Origin: an uncultured virus (IMG/VR IMGVR_UViG_3300007514_000623)
Lineage: Duplodnaviria > Heunggongvirae > Uroviricota > Caudoviricetes
Strand: one strand, 5' to 3'
Virus record (IMG/VR): IMGVR_UViG_3300007514_000623
Length of the DNA: 64,000 bases
Below the pieces are notes generated by a model, which saw only the letters and a program-made list of their open reading frames with translations, ran no database searches and was not told where the DNA came from. Of the stretch, positions 7,798-14,911 are shown one piece after another. The first letter of the stretch is position 1. Every line of letters begins with the position of its first letter. A program made the translations under genes and the position numbers.

Positions 7798-8057
7798 GAA
7801 TGTAGGGAGCAGGATTTACTTACGTGCCTCATGGACACATGGCGCTCTTGGTTTACCGATAAGGAATAAGGACGTAAGGAATAGGCGTCCATTCGATATT
7901 ACCAAGACGGTGAAAGCTATTCACTAACCCGCCTACTATACATTCTACTAACGACAATGCCGTGCCGATCTTATCCCCGATAAGGAATCGCTGTACTTAT
8001 TCAAAGTACTTCTCATCATGTGCGACACACTAGGCGTTGACTAAGCGCCACGTCTTG
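7798..8057 (-). ncRNA. Candidate structured non-coding RNA (~260 nt), family unassigned
   Basis: GC-richer intergenic block with at least 7 helices, long-range pairings, G-U pairs favouring the - strand, and three AUUCCUUA motifs. Confidence 0.55.
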
Positions 8058-8726
8058 TTAAGTCAGTTCTTCGTATGCTATAACCATGTGGACTCGTTCT
8101 TCTTTACCGCCATTCATGGTACTGTGATTATTGTTTTTAGTTCGCATAATGGTAGTTGTTCCTGCTGGCATATGTACAACTTCATCTTCAACAATCATCC
8201 TAACACCTGTATTTGTTTTGATAGGTATATGTATCTTATCATCATTATCTATATGCCAAGATAAACAATGCTGTGGATAATTTCTTATTAATCTTATCCT
8301 GCCAATCTTTATGTTTACAGTTTTCAGTTCGTCATAAATTTCTTTAAAGTAGGTATGGTTAAATTCTGGAATAAACTCTGTATATTCCATTTCCTTTGCA
8401 TAATCATCTATCTCGCCAACGTGTTCTCTGGTCAGGGAGTTGGATGCGGTATCTTGATCTCTTAACTTTACCCGAAAATAATCAGAGGTTGTTTCTGGTT
8501 TCTTGGTCAATACGATTTGATTGACTACTGTATCAAGGTTTAACAGCTCTTCTTCAATATGGGATTCAACTATTTTTATAGGACTTCTAAAGTCTGCAAA
8601 TGTTTTAGTATGCTGGGTTATATATTTCCCTGCTATGGGAAAAGGCACTATCTTTAAAACTTGTTGTAGTGCCTCTTCCAGTTTATTTTTATCCCATAAT
8701 GGAGTCAGTCTGGTAAAATATTTCAT
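8058..8726 (-). CDS. Aspartyl/asparaginyl beta-hydroxylase-like 2OG-Fe(II) oxygenase (paralogue of 6065-6760)
   Basis: Shares MK.F.RL, KL..AL..V.KIVPFP, IPEF..TYF.E.Y, CL.WH.D...IHIPI.T, R.H.VI. Confidence 0.8.
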   Translation of the reverse strand: MKYFTRLTPLWDKNKLEEALQQVLKIVPFPIAGKYITQHTKTFADFRSPIKIVESHIEEELLNLDTVVNQIVLTKKPETTSDYFRVKLRDQDTASNSLTREHVGEIDDYAKEMEYTEFIPEFNHTYFKEIYDELKTVNIKIGRIRLIRNYPQHCLSWHIDNDDKIHIPIKTNTGVRMIVEDEVVHMPAGTTTIMRTKNNNHSTMNGGKEERVHMVIAYEELT

Positions 8727-8878
8727 TAAACTAATCCTAATTTTTTCTTTCTCTTATGGAGTTCCATTAAGGAATCATACTTGTTTGCGATACGCAATCG
8801 CTTACGGTTTGCGTTTCTTTCTACTCTTTTTCGATTGTGTTTCTTTTGCCGTTTTCTAACTAGGTTTCTTTTATTCAT
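8726..8878 (-). CDS. Small highly basic protein (50 aa, MNKRNLVRKRQKKHNRKR...)
   Basis: Translated by eye; AGGAG SD; TAATG junction with the next gene. Confidence 0.55.
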   Translation of the reverse strand: MNKRNLVRKRQKKHNRKRVERNANRKRLRIANKYDSLMELHKRKKKLGLV

Positions 8879-9031
8879 CTAAGCTCTCCTTTACATAACC
8901 AACATAACGTAATGCTTCTTTAATATCTGTTTCAACATCATCAAGACAAGTCCAACCTTCCAAGTTCTTGAGTAAGTCCTTGAGAGTATTCTCAACGTGA
9001 ATCATTCTATCCATTGGAGTTTCATCAAGTT

Positions 9032-9322
9032 TCAATTTAGTTTCTCCTTATCAATTTTAAATTGTACTTCATAACCCATATCTTCAGCCATTTGTTGGAT
9101 TACCCTTTCAAGATGTTCTAATCGGGTATGCAACTGAATACAAGTACCTGCTATCGTGTCAATAGCTTCTGTAATTTTTAATGCTTCTTCTTTCTTTTTC
9201 TTTGCAACTTCATCAAGAGACTTTTCAAGTTGCTTCAAAGATTTGTCTCGGAACTTTTTAATATCTTCCATTGACATACTTTGCATTTCTTCATAGGTTA
9301 ATTCTACTGGATGTTCTTTCAT
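9032..9322 (-). CDS. Hypothetical coiled-coil protein (start MKEHPVEL)
   Basis: AAGGA SD inside ORF 9032-9475. Confidence 0.6.
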   Translation of the reverse strand: MKEHPVELTYEEMQSMSMEDIKKFRDKSLKQLEKSLDEVAKKKKEEALKITEAIDTIAGTCIQLHTRLEHLERVIQQMAEDMGYEVQFKIDKEKLN

Positions 9323-9608
9323 ATTTTCCTTTCTAAAACCAAAGATAGATCGCTCCCCAAATAAGACCGCCCAGTAATGTCGCATCTGCGACAATGCACC
9401 AAGCGATATAAATTTTGAGTAGAGTCTTGGAATGTTTACTCTTTTTAATTTTGTCAACCAGGCTGTGCATTTCATTTTGATCCGTAAGTTGGTTTGCGAT
9501 ATACTCTAGGCCTTGTTACAGGTTTTGGTTTAGGCATTTCATATTGAGTAATCTTAATATCATTCTCTTTATACTCTCTAACTACTTTGGGTTTTGAATA
9601 TCGTGGTT

Positions 9609-9872
9609 TCATACGTTCACCTCATATTGTTTGATGTTTCGTGGTAGGAACATTTGAGTAATGATATGCGTAGCACGATACTTTTTAGGTATCGCTTTGT
9701 TTTCTTTTTCAGAAGCATACTTACTATATCGTTTACGCTGTTCTTCATTCATCTTAAATATAACCGTATCTTTCTTGGGATTGAATCTGATAAACCAGAC
9801 ATCATCCCATTCAAAAGCATTCGCCAATCTATCGTATTGGTTTCTCGGTATTTCTAAAACGTATTCTTTCAT
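9609..9872 (-). CDS. Hypothetical protein
   Basis: ORF with SD, in the early-gene run. Confidence 0.6.
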   Translation of the reverse strand: MKEYVLEIPRNQYDRLANAFEWDDVWFIRFNPKKDTVIFKMNEEQRKRYSKYASEKENKAIPKKYRATHIITQMFLPRNIKQYEVNV

Positions 9873-9879
9873 ATTTAGA

Positions 9880-10098
9880 TTACCTTGTTAAAGTGTTGTT
9901 GATAATTTGATAATCAAAATTGCCTGGCAGACTGCTTAACATTTGTTGCAATTCATCTTCTTCATAATCCTGTTCCAATAATGAAAGCCGGCGGGTGTTG
10001 ATTAACTTCATAATTCTAAAAAGAGGTTTACCCGATTTAGTTTTATTCAATTTTGATATTACAATTTTTGCTTTTCCACTCATCTTATAATCTCCCAA
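9880..10098 (-). CDS. Hypothetical protein
   Basis: ORF in the early-gene run; start probably at the second Met. Confidence 0.55.
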   Translation of the reverse strand: MGDYKMSGKAKIVISKLNKTKSGKPLFRIMKLINTRRLSLLEQDYEEDELQQMLSSLPGNFDYQIINNTLTR

Positions 10099-10307
10099 TC
10101 AAAGTTTTTATCGTGAAAGCGTTGAATCCAACGCCCGTTTTTAGGATTGTCTATTGAATCTAGTTCAATCCAATCTTTTCCCTCATCAAACATAACCGTT
10201 TCCGAAAATGAACTTACTTTGAAAAGGCAACCATCTCTATTGATGACTTGTTTCGCCTTTCCTGTTTTCGGATGTAATTTAATTGTATCGCCTTCCAGTA
10301 TCGTCAT
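10080..10307 (-). CDS. Hypothetical protein
   Basis: ATGA-coupled ORF. Confidence 0.6.
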   Translation of the reverse strand: MTILEGDTIKLHPKTGKAKQVINRDGCLFKVSSFSETVMFDEGKDWIELDSIDNPKNGRWIQRFHDKNFDWEIIR

Positions 10308-10492
10308 TTCTTTCCTAGTGCCTCCAGTTCTTTAAACGTCATGTTGTTTACAATATCCATAACGTCAGCCAGGGTTATAATATTTCCTCGGTAGTCAGTC
10401 CAACTCAACCAACCTTTATGCTTGTTGCGTGGTTTGAAGTTATGCACCTCAATAAACTTTCTAACATATCCCATTTCAGTTGTCATATCCAA
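10304..10492 (-). CDS. Hypothetical protein
   Basis: GAGGGGG SD; coupled ORF. Confidence 0.55.
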   Translation of the reverse strand: MDMTTEMGYVRKFIEVHNFKPRNKHKGWLSWTDYRGNIITLADVMDIVNNMTFKELEALGKK

Positions 10493-10587
10493 ACCCCCTC
10501 AATGTTTTCTTTAGGTTTCTTCTTTTCAATATCGGCACGAATTTCACCCAATATCATTTCAATAATATCTAAAAAAATAGTTTCCAT

Positions 10588-10833
10588 TTATCTAGACGCC
10601 TCCGCATCTAGATAGTTTTCAAGTTCCGAAACCGTATGGACACCATACTCTGCCCAATGGTCAGGGTCATTGGTAAGCATACCTACCCATAAGCCCTTTT
10701 CTTCTTCCATCATTTTTTTGGATTCAGAATTGATTTTGTCGATATGCTCAACAAGTTTTTCTCTTTGTTCCGCATACCATTCGATATTTGATTCAACCAT
10801 GTAATTCATATTAGCACCTCGCTTCTGCTTCAT
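10588..10833 (-). CDS. Hypothetical protein
   Basis: ORF with WVGMLT.D..HWAEYG; likely start at MNYMVES. Confidence 0.6.
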   Translation of the reverse strand: MKQKRGANMNYMVESNIEWYAEQREKLVEHIDKINSESKKMMEEEKGLWVGMLTNDPDHWAEYGVHTVSELENYLDAEASR

Positions 10834-11005
10834 TAATAAGTCGGTTCATCATTTCATCTTCGGAAATTCCAGATTCCCAATCTCTATCGCCTTTCGTTAT
10901 AGCAACCCATCCCTTTTTTTGGGATTTAACGAAGCGGACTTCTATTAATTCTTTTAAAAGTTTGCATGATTTTTTACTTAGCTTCATTATATAGCCTCCT
11001 ACCAA
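10811..11005 (-). CDS. Hypothetical protein
   Basis: AGGAGG SD before MKLSKK. Confidence 0.55.
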   Translation of the reverse strand: MVGGYIMKLSKKSCKLLKELIEVRFVKSQKKGWVAITKGDRDWESGISEDEMMNRLINEAEARC

Positions 11006-11268
11006 TTATCGTCAGTTGACATGGTGTTAGTAAAAATATCTTTAGCGGTTTCCGCATTAGGATATTTCCAAGATTCAAAAGGATTTGAATGTTCGCAATT
11101 TTTCCATTCAGCGACAATCCAATTATCCATTAACCAGAATTTATTTCCATTAGGTTTAACCATATACATTGAACAATTTTTCATAATGTTTCGATAATGT
11201 TTAACATTATCTAAAAGAGGTTTAACCATCTTATTCAAATTTTTTTCAGTAGTAGTATCTAGCATCAT
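10999..11268 (-). CDS. Hypothetical early protein (start MMLDTT)
   Basis: AGGA SD before ATG 11268. Confidence 0.55.
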   Translation of the reverse strand: MMLDTTTEKNLNKMVKPLLDNVKHYRNIMKNCSMYMVKPNGNKFWLMDNWIVAEWKNCEHSNPFESWKYPNAETAKDIFTNTMSTDDNW

Positions 11269-11273
11269 ATATC

Positions 11274-11354
11274 CTATAAACACATCATTAATATTATTGT
11301 TATTGCAAGTCCAGCAAAGAGTAAAAGGTCAGTTATTAAGTCCATTAAGTTCAT
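11274..11354 (-). CDS. Small (26 aa) single-TM peptide MNLMDLITDLLLFAGLAITIILMMCL
   Basis: Translated by eye; AAGGA SD; first ORF after the early promoter. Confidence 0.5.
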   Translation of the reverse strand: MNLMDLITDLLLFAGLAITIILMMCL

Positions 11355-11388
11355 TTATTAAATCCTTATTAATTATTAATACTAGACT

Positions 11389-11417
11389 AGCTTAACAGAT
11401 ATATCGGATAATGTCAA
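11389..11417 (-). promoter_or_regulatory. Sigma70-type early promoter TTGACA-N17-TAAGCT
   Basis: Exact -35, 17-bp spacer, TG extension; heads the leftward small-gene run. Confidence 0.78.
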
Positions 11418-11457
11418 CAAAAAAATGCATTATTTTTAAAAAAAGTGCATTTTCTTT

Positions 11458-11523
11458 GTAACTCCTTTGTTTTCAATGACTTACGGGAATTTCCCCCTAA
11501 GTCCTTGTATCTAAAGGGGTTAT
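11458..11523. promoter_or_regulatory. Inverted pair of IHF-like 26-bp elements between divergent promoters
   Basis: GTAACTCCTTTGTTTTCAATGACTTA (11458-11483) and, on the - strand, ATAACCCCTTTAGATACAAGGACTTA (11498-11523). Confidence 0.55.
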
Positions 11524-11538
11524 AGTTATTTTCACTTT

Positions 11539-11570
11539 TTCCTTGCATTATAATTAGAATATGATATGCT
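11539..11570 (+). promoter_or_regulatory. Rightward promoter TTCC-TTGCAT-N16-TATGCT with TG extension
   Basis: Matches the phage promoter family; precedes ORF 11603. Confidence 0.55.
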
Positions 11571-11602
11571 GGGGTCAGTTAAATTAAATGAGGTGATTCG
11601 TT

Positions 11603-11776
11603 ATGAAGTCAAGAGTGAAAATTTTTGGATGGAGCGAAAGTAGAAATACCAGTACAATTAATTATGGGAATTTTGATAGTTCCCGAAAAGTAACTATGGG
11701 TGATATTGAGACTGCTCGTAGAAAGCGTGAAAAAAAGAAAAGTAATGAAACACGTTTTGTCGTTACAACTAATTAA
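11603..11776 (+). CDS. Small basic hypothetical protein (57 aa, MKSRVKIFGWSESR...)
   Basis: Translated by eye; GAGGTG SD. Confidence 0.6.
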   Translation: MKSRVKIFGWSESRNTSTINYGNFDSSRKVTMGDIETARRKREKKKSNETRFVVTTN

Positions 11777-11816
11777 GGTTGTAACATTTCCCTGTAACTA
11801 AAAAAAGGAGTACATT

Positions 11817-11942
11817 ATGGAGAAGCAATCTTTGAAGGAAAAGGTTTACCCTTTGACTGCTGAGGAATTCAAACAATCTGAAAAGATTACAGATCAGAAT
11901 GTTCTGGATATTATTAACGAAGCTGATGTTGAAGTGGAATAA
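11817..11942 (+). CDS. Small acidic hypothetical protein (41 aa, MEKQSLKEKVYPL...)
   Basis: Translated by eye; AAGGAG SD. Confidence 0.55.
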   Translation: MEKQSLKEKVYPLTAEEFKQSEKITDQNVLDIINEADVEVE

Positions 11943-12019
11943 TCTGGAGAAATTTACTGAAGCGTTATCCCTTGAGTTGATCGTCAAGGAATGTAGGTAA
12001 GCTGATGTCTCAAAACTAT

Positions 12020-12066
12020 AAGGGAGATGGGGAATTGCACACGAGGCCGCCCATCTCCCTTTTTTT
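12020..12066 (+). terminator. Intrinsic terminator
   Basis: AGGGAGATGGG...CCCATCTCCCT followed by a T run; sits at the convergence point. Confidence 0.75.
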
Positions 12067-12068
12067 AT

Positions 12069-12167
12069 TTAATGTAAATTTGCCATAGCAGTTAATATTC
12101 TCACCGCCCAATACCCCACAAAACATATAGTACCAACAATCATTATTGTTTTAAACCATTTATTCAT
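12069..12167 (-). CDS. Small (32 aa) single-TM peptide MNKWFKTIMIVGTICFVGYWAVRILTAMANLH
   Basis: Translated by eye; AAGGA SD; last gene of the M15 peptidase unit. Confidence 0.5.
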   Translation of the reverse strand: MNKWFKTIMIVGTICFVGYWAVRILTAMANLH

Positions 12168-12171
12168 TTTT

Positions 12172-12999
12172 TTATCCTTTCGTAATAGTCCAAAATTTTC
12201 TTCCGCCGCTAACAGCAGGATTATCCCAACCATCTATAATGTAAGGCGGTTCAGTTTCCTCACCTATATCATTAAGCGGATATTTAAATTCTTCATTACA
12301 TGGGTTTGTGTAGATTAAATTATTTACATTTAAATCAGCATCATCATATCTAGTATAGTTAACCTTTAAAGTATCTAGTACTGCTTCTATTGAAGATACC
12401 GAGGGGAGACTTCCAATAGTAGGTTGATTATCGAATGTTCCAGGCCCGTGATATTCATGGTGATACTCAGGGTTTTCTATTACAAATGAAATCAGGTTAG
12501 AGAATTTATTTACAGCAGTTTCAAAGAAAAGAACTCGGCGAGTATTTTGGACAGCACATAGTAAATCTTGTTTCCAATTTTCTACATGGCAGGATAAACC
12601 TAAGTGTAGTACTATATCAAATGGTTCACTAGTACTCCAATCTTTTTCGTTATTAACCCTAAGTATTTTAGCTTCTTTATCTTTCTTTGCAATTTCATTT
12701 AAACAGTCTTGTCTAATATCAGAAAAGGTTACGTCTGCTCCTTGACTTTTATAATACAATCCTGTATTTCCAAATCCAGCACCACACTCTAAAATTGAAA
12801 GTTTACTTAAATCACCTATCTCTGTAGTGAGAGCAACTTTATTTTGATCTGGTTGTAGTTTTAATATCGAATTTATTTTTGCTACTCTTGCTTTTCTCCA
12901 ATCGTTAAACCAACCGCCAAAGATGTTGTTATTTTCAATCAACCATTCATCAGGATTGTTTTGTACGTCTAGTCCTAACGACTTATAAAAATCATTCAT
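12172..12999 (-). CDS. Class I SAM-dependent methyltransferase
   Basis: ILECGAGFG motif I, VTFSD, FDIVLHLGL..H. Confidence 0.8.
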   Translation of the reverse strand: MNDFYKSLGLDVQNNPDEWLIENNNIFGGWFNDWRKARVAKINSILKLQPDQNKVALTTEIGDLSKLSILECGAGFGNTGLYYKSQGADVTFSDIRQDCLNEIAKKDKEAKILRVNNEKDWSTSEPFDIVLHLGLSCHVENWKQDLLCAVQNTRRVLFFETAVNKFSNLISFVIENPEYHHEYHGPGTFDNQPTIGSLPSVSSIEAVLDTLKVNYTRYDDADLNVNNLIYTNPCNEEFKYPLNDIGEETEPPYIIDGWDNPAVSGGRKFWTITKG

Positions 13000-13012
13000 A
13001 CTATCTCCTTAA

Positions 13013-13420
13013 TTAATAAACAAAGACACCCTTTGGTTTTTCGGTATCAACGTCAACATGGATAAATTTTTTATGTACGCCTACTCTGTCAAACTGTTTT
13101 AATAGAATTTGCAAAAGTTTATGTCTCTCTCCCATATCAGTACAACCTATATCAGCCGCCAAACATTTAATATGCGAAGATGTATCTCTACTGCCTATGG
13201 AACGATTATGATTCAAGCATCTAATCCCGCTATTGATACGCATGGGTTTATCGTATTCAAGTCTTGCCAGTTCAAGAAGCTCTACCAGTTCCATACTTAT
13301 TTCACCAGTACCACAGCCACATTGACAGTCGAATTCTTTTCTGCTGAAATGTTCAGTTAAACGCCCTTTACCTAACATAGTTTTATTCCCTTCCATATCA
13401 TATACAAAAGCGTTAGGCAT
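13013..13420 (-). CDS. Peptidase M15A family (D-Ala-D-Ala Zn peptidase), candidate endolysin
   Basis: HFS..EF.C.CG, INSG.RC..HN..IG....S.H....AADI, FIHVD. Confidence 0.88.
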   Translation of the reverse strand: MPNAFVYDMEGNKTMLGKGRLTEHFSRKEFDCQCGCGTGEISMELVELLELARLEYDKPMRINSGIRCLNHNRSIGSRDTSSHIKCLAADIGCTDMGERHKLLQILLKQFDRVGVHKKFIHVDVDTEKPKGVFVY

Positions 13421-13666
13421 TTATCGTGCCTTTTTAGATGCCAGTTCCAATGCTTTACTTGGGGATTTCTTATCGGTGTATTTGACCTTTTTCCCGGCCT
13501 TAGTAATATAAACTTCATAGCCGCTGGATGTCAGGTTGAATTCCTCAATATCCCAGCCCTTTTTCTGCAACTCTTTAACATACTTTTCATCATACTTATC
13601 CAGCATACCAAGTTTGACTGCTCCTTTGAAGTCAAACTTTTCTTTTATAAAATCTCGATATTTCAT
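13421..13666 (-). CDS. Hypothetical basic late protein
   Basis: AAGGA SD; downstream of a - strand TATAAATA. Confidence 0.6.
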   Translation of the reverse strand: MKYRDFIKEKFDFKGAVKLGMLDKYDEKYVKELQKKGWDIEEFNLTSSGYEVYITKAGKKVKYTDKKSPSKALELASKKAR

Positions 13667-13714
13667 AGGTTTTCCTTTATTCTTAAAATAGTTTTTCTCC
13701 TGGCCATAATATAT

Positions 13715-13745
13715 TATTTATAATATTAAAAAAGTATTATAAATA
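13715..13745. promoter_or_regulatory. Divergent T4-type late promoters (TATAAATA on - at 13715-13722 and on + at 13738-13745)
   Basis: Exact gp55 consensus on both strands of an intergenic gap. Confidence 0.75.
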
Positions 13746-13768
13746 ATTAAAAATCTAGGAGGTGTAAA

Positions 13769-14239
13769 ATGAACCTTAAACAAGCAATAAATGAGTTTAG
13801 GGCCAGTTCTACATATAAGAAGCAGTCCGAGATTCATTGGTTTGTTTGGTTAATAGAAAACCCGAAATCCCCCCTGTCTTTAAATGGGGCTGTTGATTTA
13901 TACAACCATGATATTATTCATATCCTTATGGGATGTGGATTGACTCTACAGGACGAAGCTCTTGTGATAGGTTTTACAATGGGGAACAGCGAAAGACAAA
14001 GTGGATTTGTTAAATGGCTCTTTCTGTTATGTGCTAAATATCTATACCCTGATGGATATAGGTTCGGCAAAAAAGAAGTACAATTATTCAATAAAGGATA
14101 TTCCTACGGATTAACACGCCGTAAAAGAAACATTCATTTGGAGAGATTCAACTTATCTGAAATGGTAAATGATATTAGGAAAAGATTTGGCATTTATCCA
14201 ATAGACTTGAGAGATTATCCTAATTTATCAACATATTAA
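13769..14239 (+). CDS. Coq4-like metal-binding motif protein
   Basis: HDIIH-x11-E, the Coq4-family HDxxH(x)11E motif; AGGAGG SD. Confidence 0.55.
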   Translation: MNLKQAINEFRASSTYKKQSEIHWFVWLIENPKSPLSLNGAVDLYNHDIIHILMGCGLTLQDEALVIGFTMGNSERQSGFVKWLFLLCAKYLYPDGYRFGKKEVQLFNKGYSYGLTRRKRNIHLERFNLSEMVNDIRKRFGIYPIDLRDYPNLSTY

Positions 14240-14260
14240 TTAAAATATGCTAATTAACCT

Positions 14261-14268
14261 TATAAATA
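14261..14268 (+). promoter_or_regulatory. T4-type late promoter TATAAATA
   Basis: Exact consensus, intergenic. Confidence 0.7.
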
Positions 14269-14281
14269 CTGAAAAACGACT

Positions 14282-14419
14282 ATGGCAAAAGCAAAAGAGT
14301 TAATCAAAAAAGATAGGATTAAGAAAGTTACATCAATCGGGAGTTCAGTACGCTCAACTCCAAAGAACAAACATAAAAGAAGATGCTGGAAACGATATAG
14401 AGGACAAGGCAGAAAGTGA
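14282..14419 (+). CDS. Small basic protein ending YRGQGRK (45 aa), as seen upstream of gp25 in marine T4-like phages
   Basis: Translated by eye: MAKAKELIKKDRIKKVTSIGSSVRSTPKNKHKRRCWKRYRGQGRK. Confidence 0.7.
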   Translation: MAKAKELIKKDRIKKVTSIGSSVRSTPKNKHKRRCWKRYRGQGRK

Positions 14420-14436
14420 TAACTTTACTTAACACG

Positions 14437-14481
14437 GCTGACAAGCAAAGCCTATCATAACCAGAAGCACAATGTAAGGAA
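14437..14481 (-). promoter_or_regulatory. Repeated 45-bp promoter-like element, copy 1
   Basis: - strand TTCCTTACATTG-N11-ATGATAGGCTTTGCTTGTCAGC; near-identical copy at 57803-57847. Confidence 0.65.
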
Positions 14482-14494
14482 AAAGTTAAAAAAA

Positions 14495-14911
14495 ATGCCA
14501 ACTATTTTTACAAAACCTTTGAGTCAGGCTACTCGCCAATGGAGTGATCTGGACTTGAATTTCGAAGCTCACCCAGTTACCAAAGATGTTACACGAAAGC
14601 TGAATGTTGAGGCTATAAAAAGATCAGTAAAGAATCTCATCTTAACAAATAAGTATGAGCGTTTATTTCATCCAGAAATAGGGTCTGGTCTTACTGGTCT
14701 GTTATTTGAATTGGTTTCTCCGACTACAGCTGCTATTGTTGAATCTACTATTAGACAGACTATTAATAATTACGAGCCTAGAGTCATTCTTAATGATGTT
14801 CTTGTACAGGGCAATATAGATAGAAACGGATATAATGTTACAATAAACTTTGTAACAATAAATGTTTTGCAACCAGTAACGATAGAATTCTTCTTGGAGA
14901 GGTTAAGATAA
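14495..14911 (+). CDS. gp25: Baseplate wedge subunit gp25
   Basis: SDLDLNF..HPVT.D, AIKRSVKNLILT...ER.F.P..G, I.NYEPRV, FLERLR. Confidence 0.95.
   Translation: MPTIFTKPLSQATRQWSDLDLNFEAHPVTKDVTRKLNVEAIKRSVKNLILTNKYERLFHPEIGSGLTGLLFELVSPTTAAIVESTIRQTINNYEPRVILNDVLVQGNIDRNGYNVTINFVTINVLQPVTIEFFLERLR

Noticed and set aside
7798..8057. CsrA/RsmA-sponge RNA on the + strand (many GGA motifs)
   Set aside because: G-U pair asymmetry and local transcription favour the - strand; not excluded, but less supported.
11990..12020. Hammerhead ribozyme (CTGATG...AAA)
   Set aside because: Core CUGANGA and GAAA with the required stems are not present.
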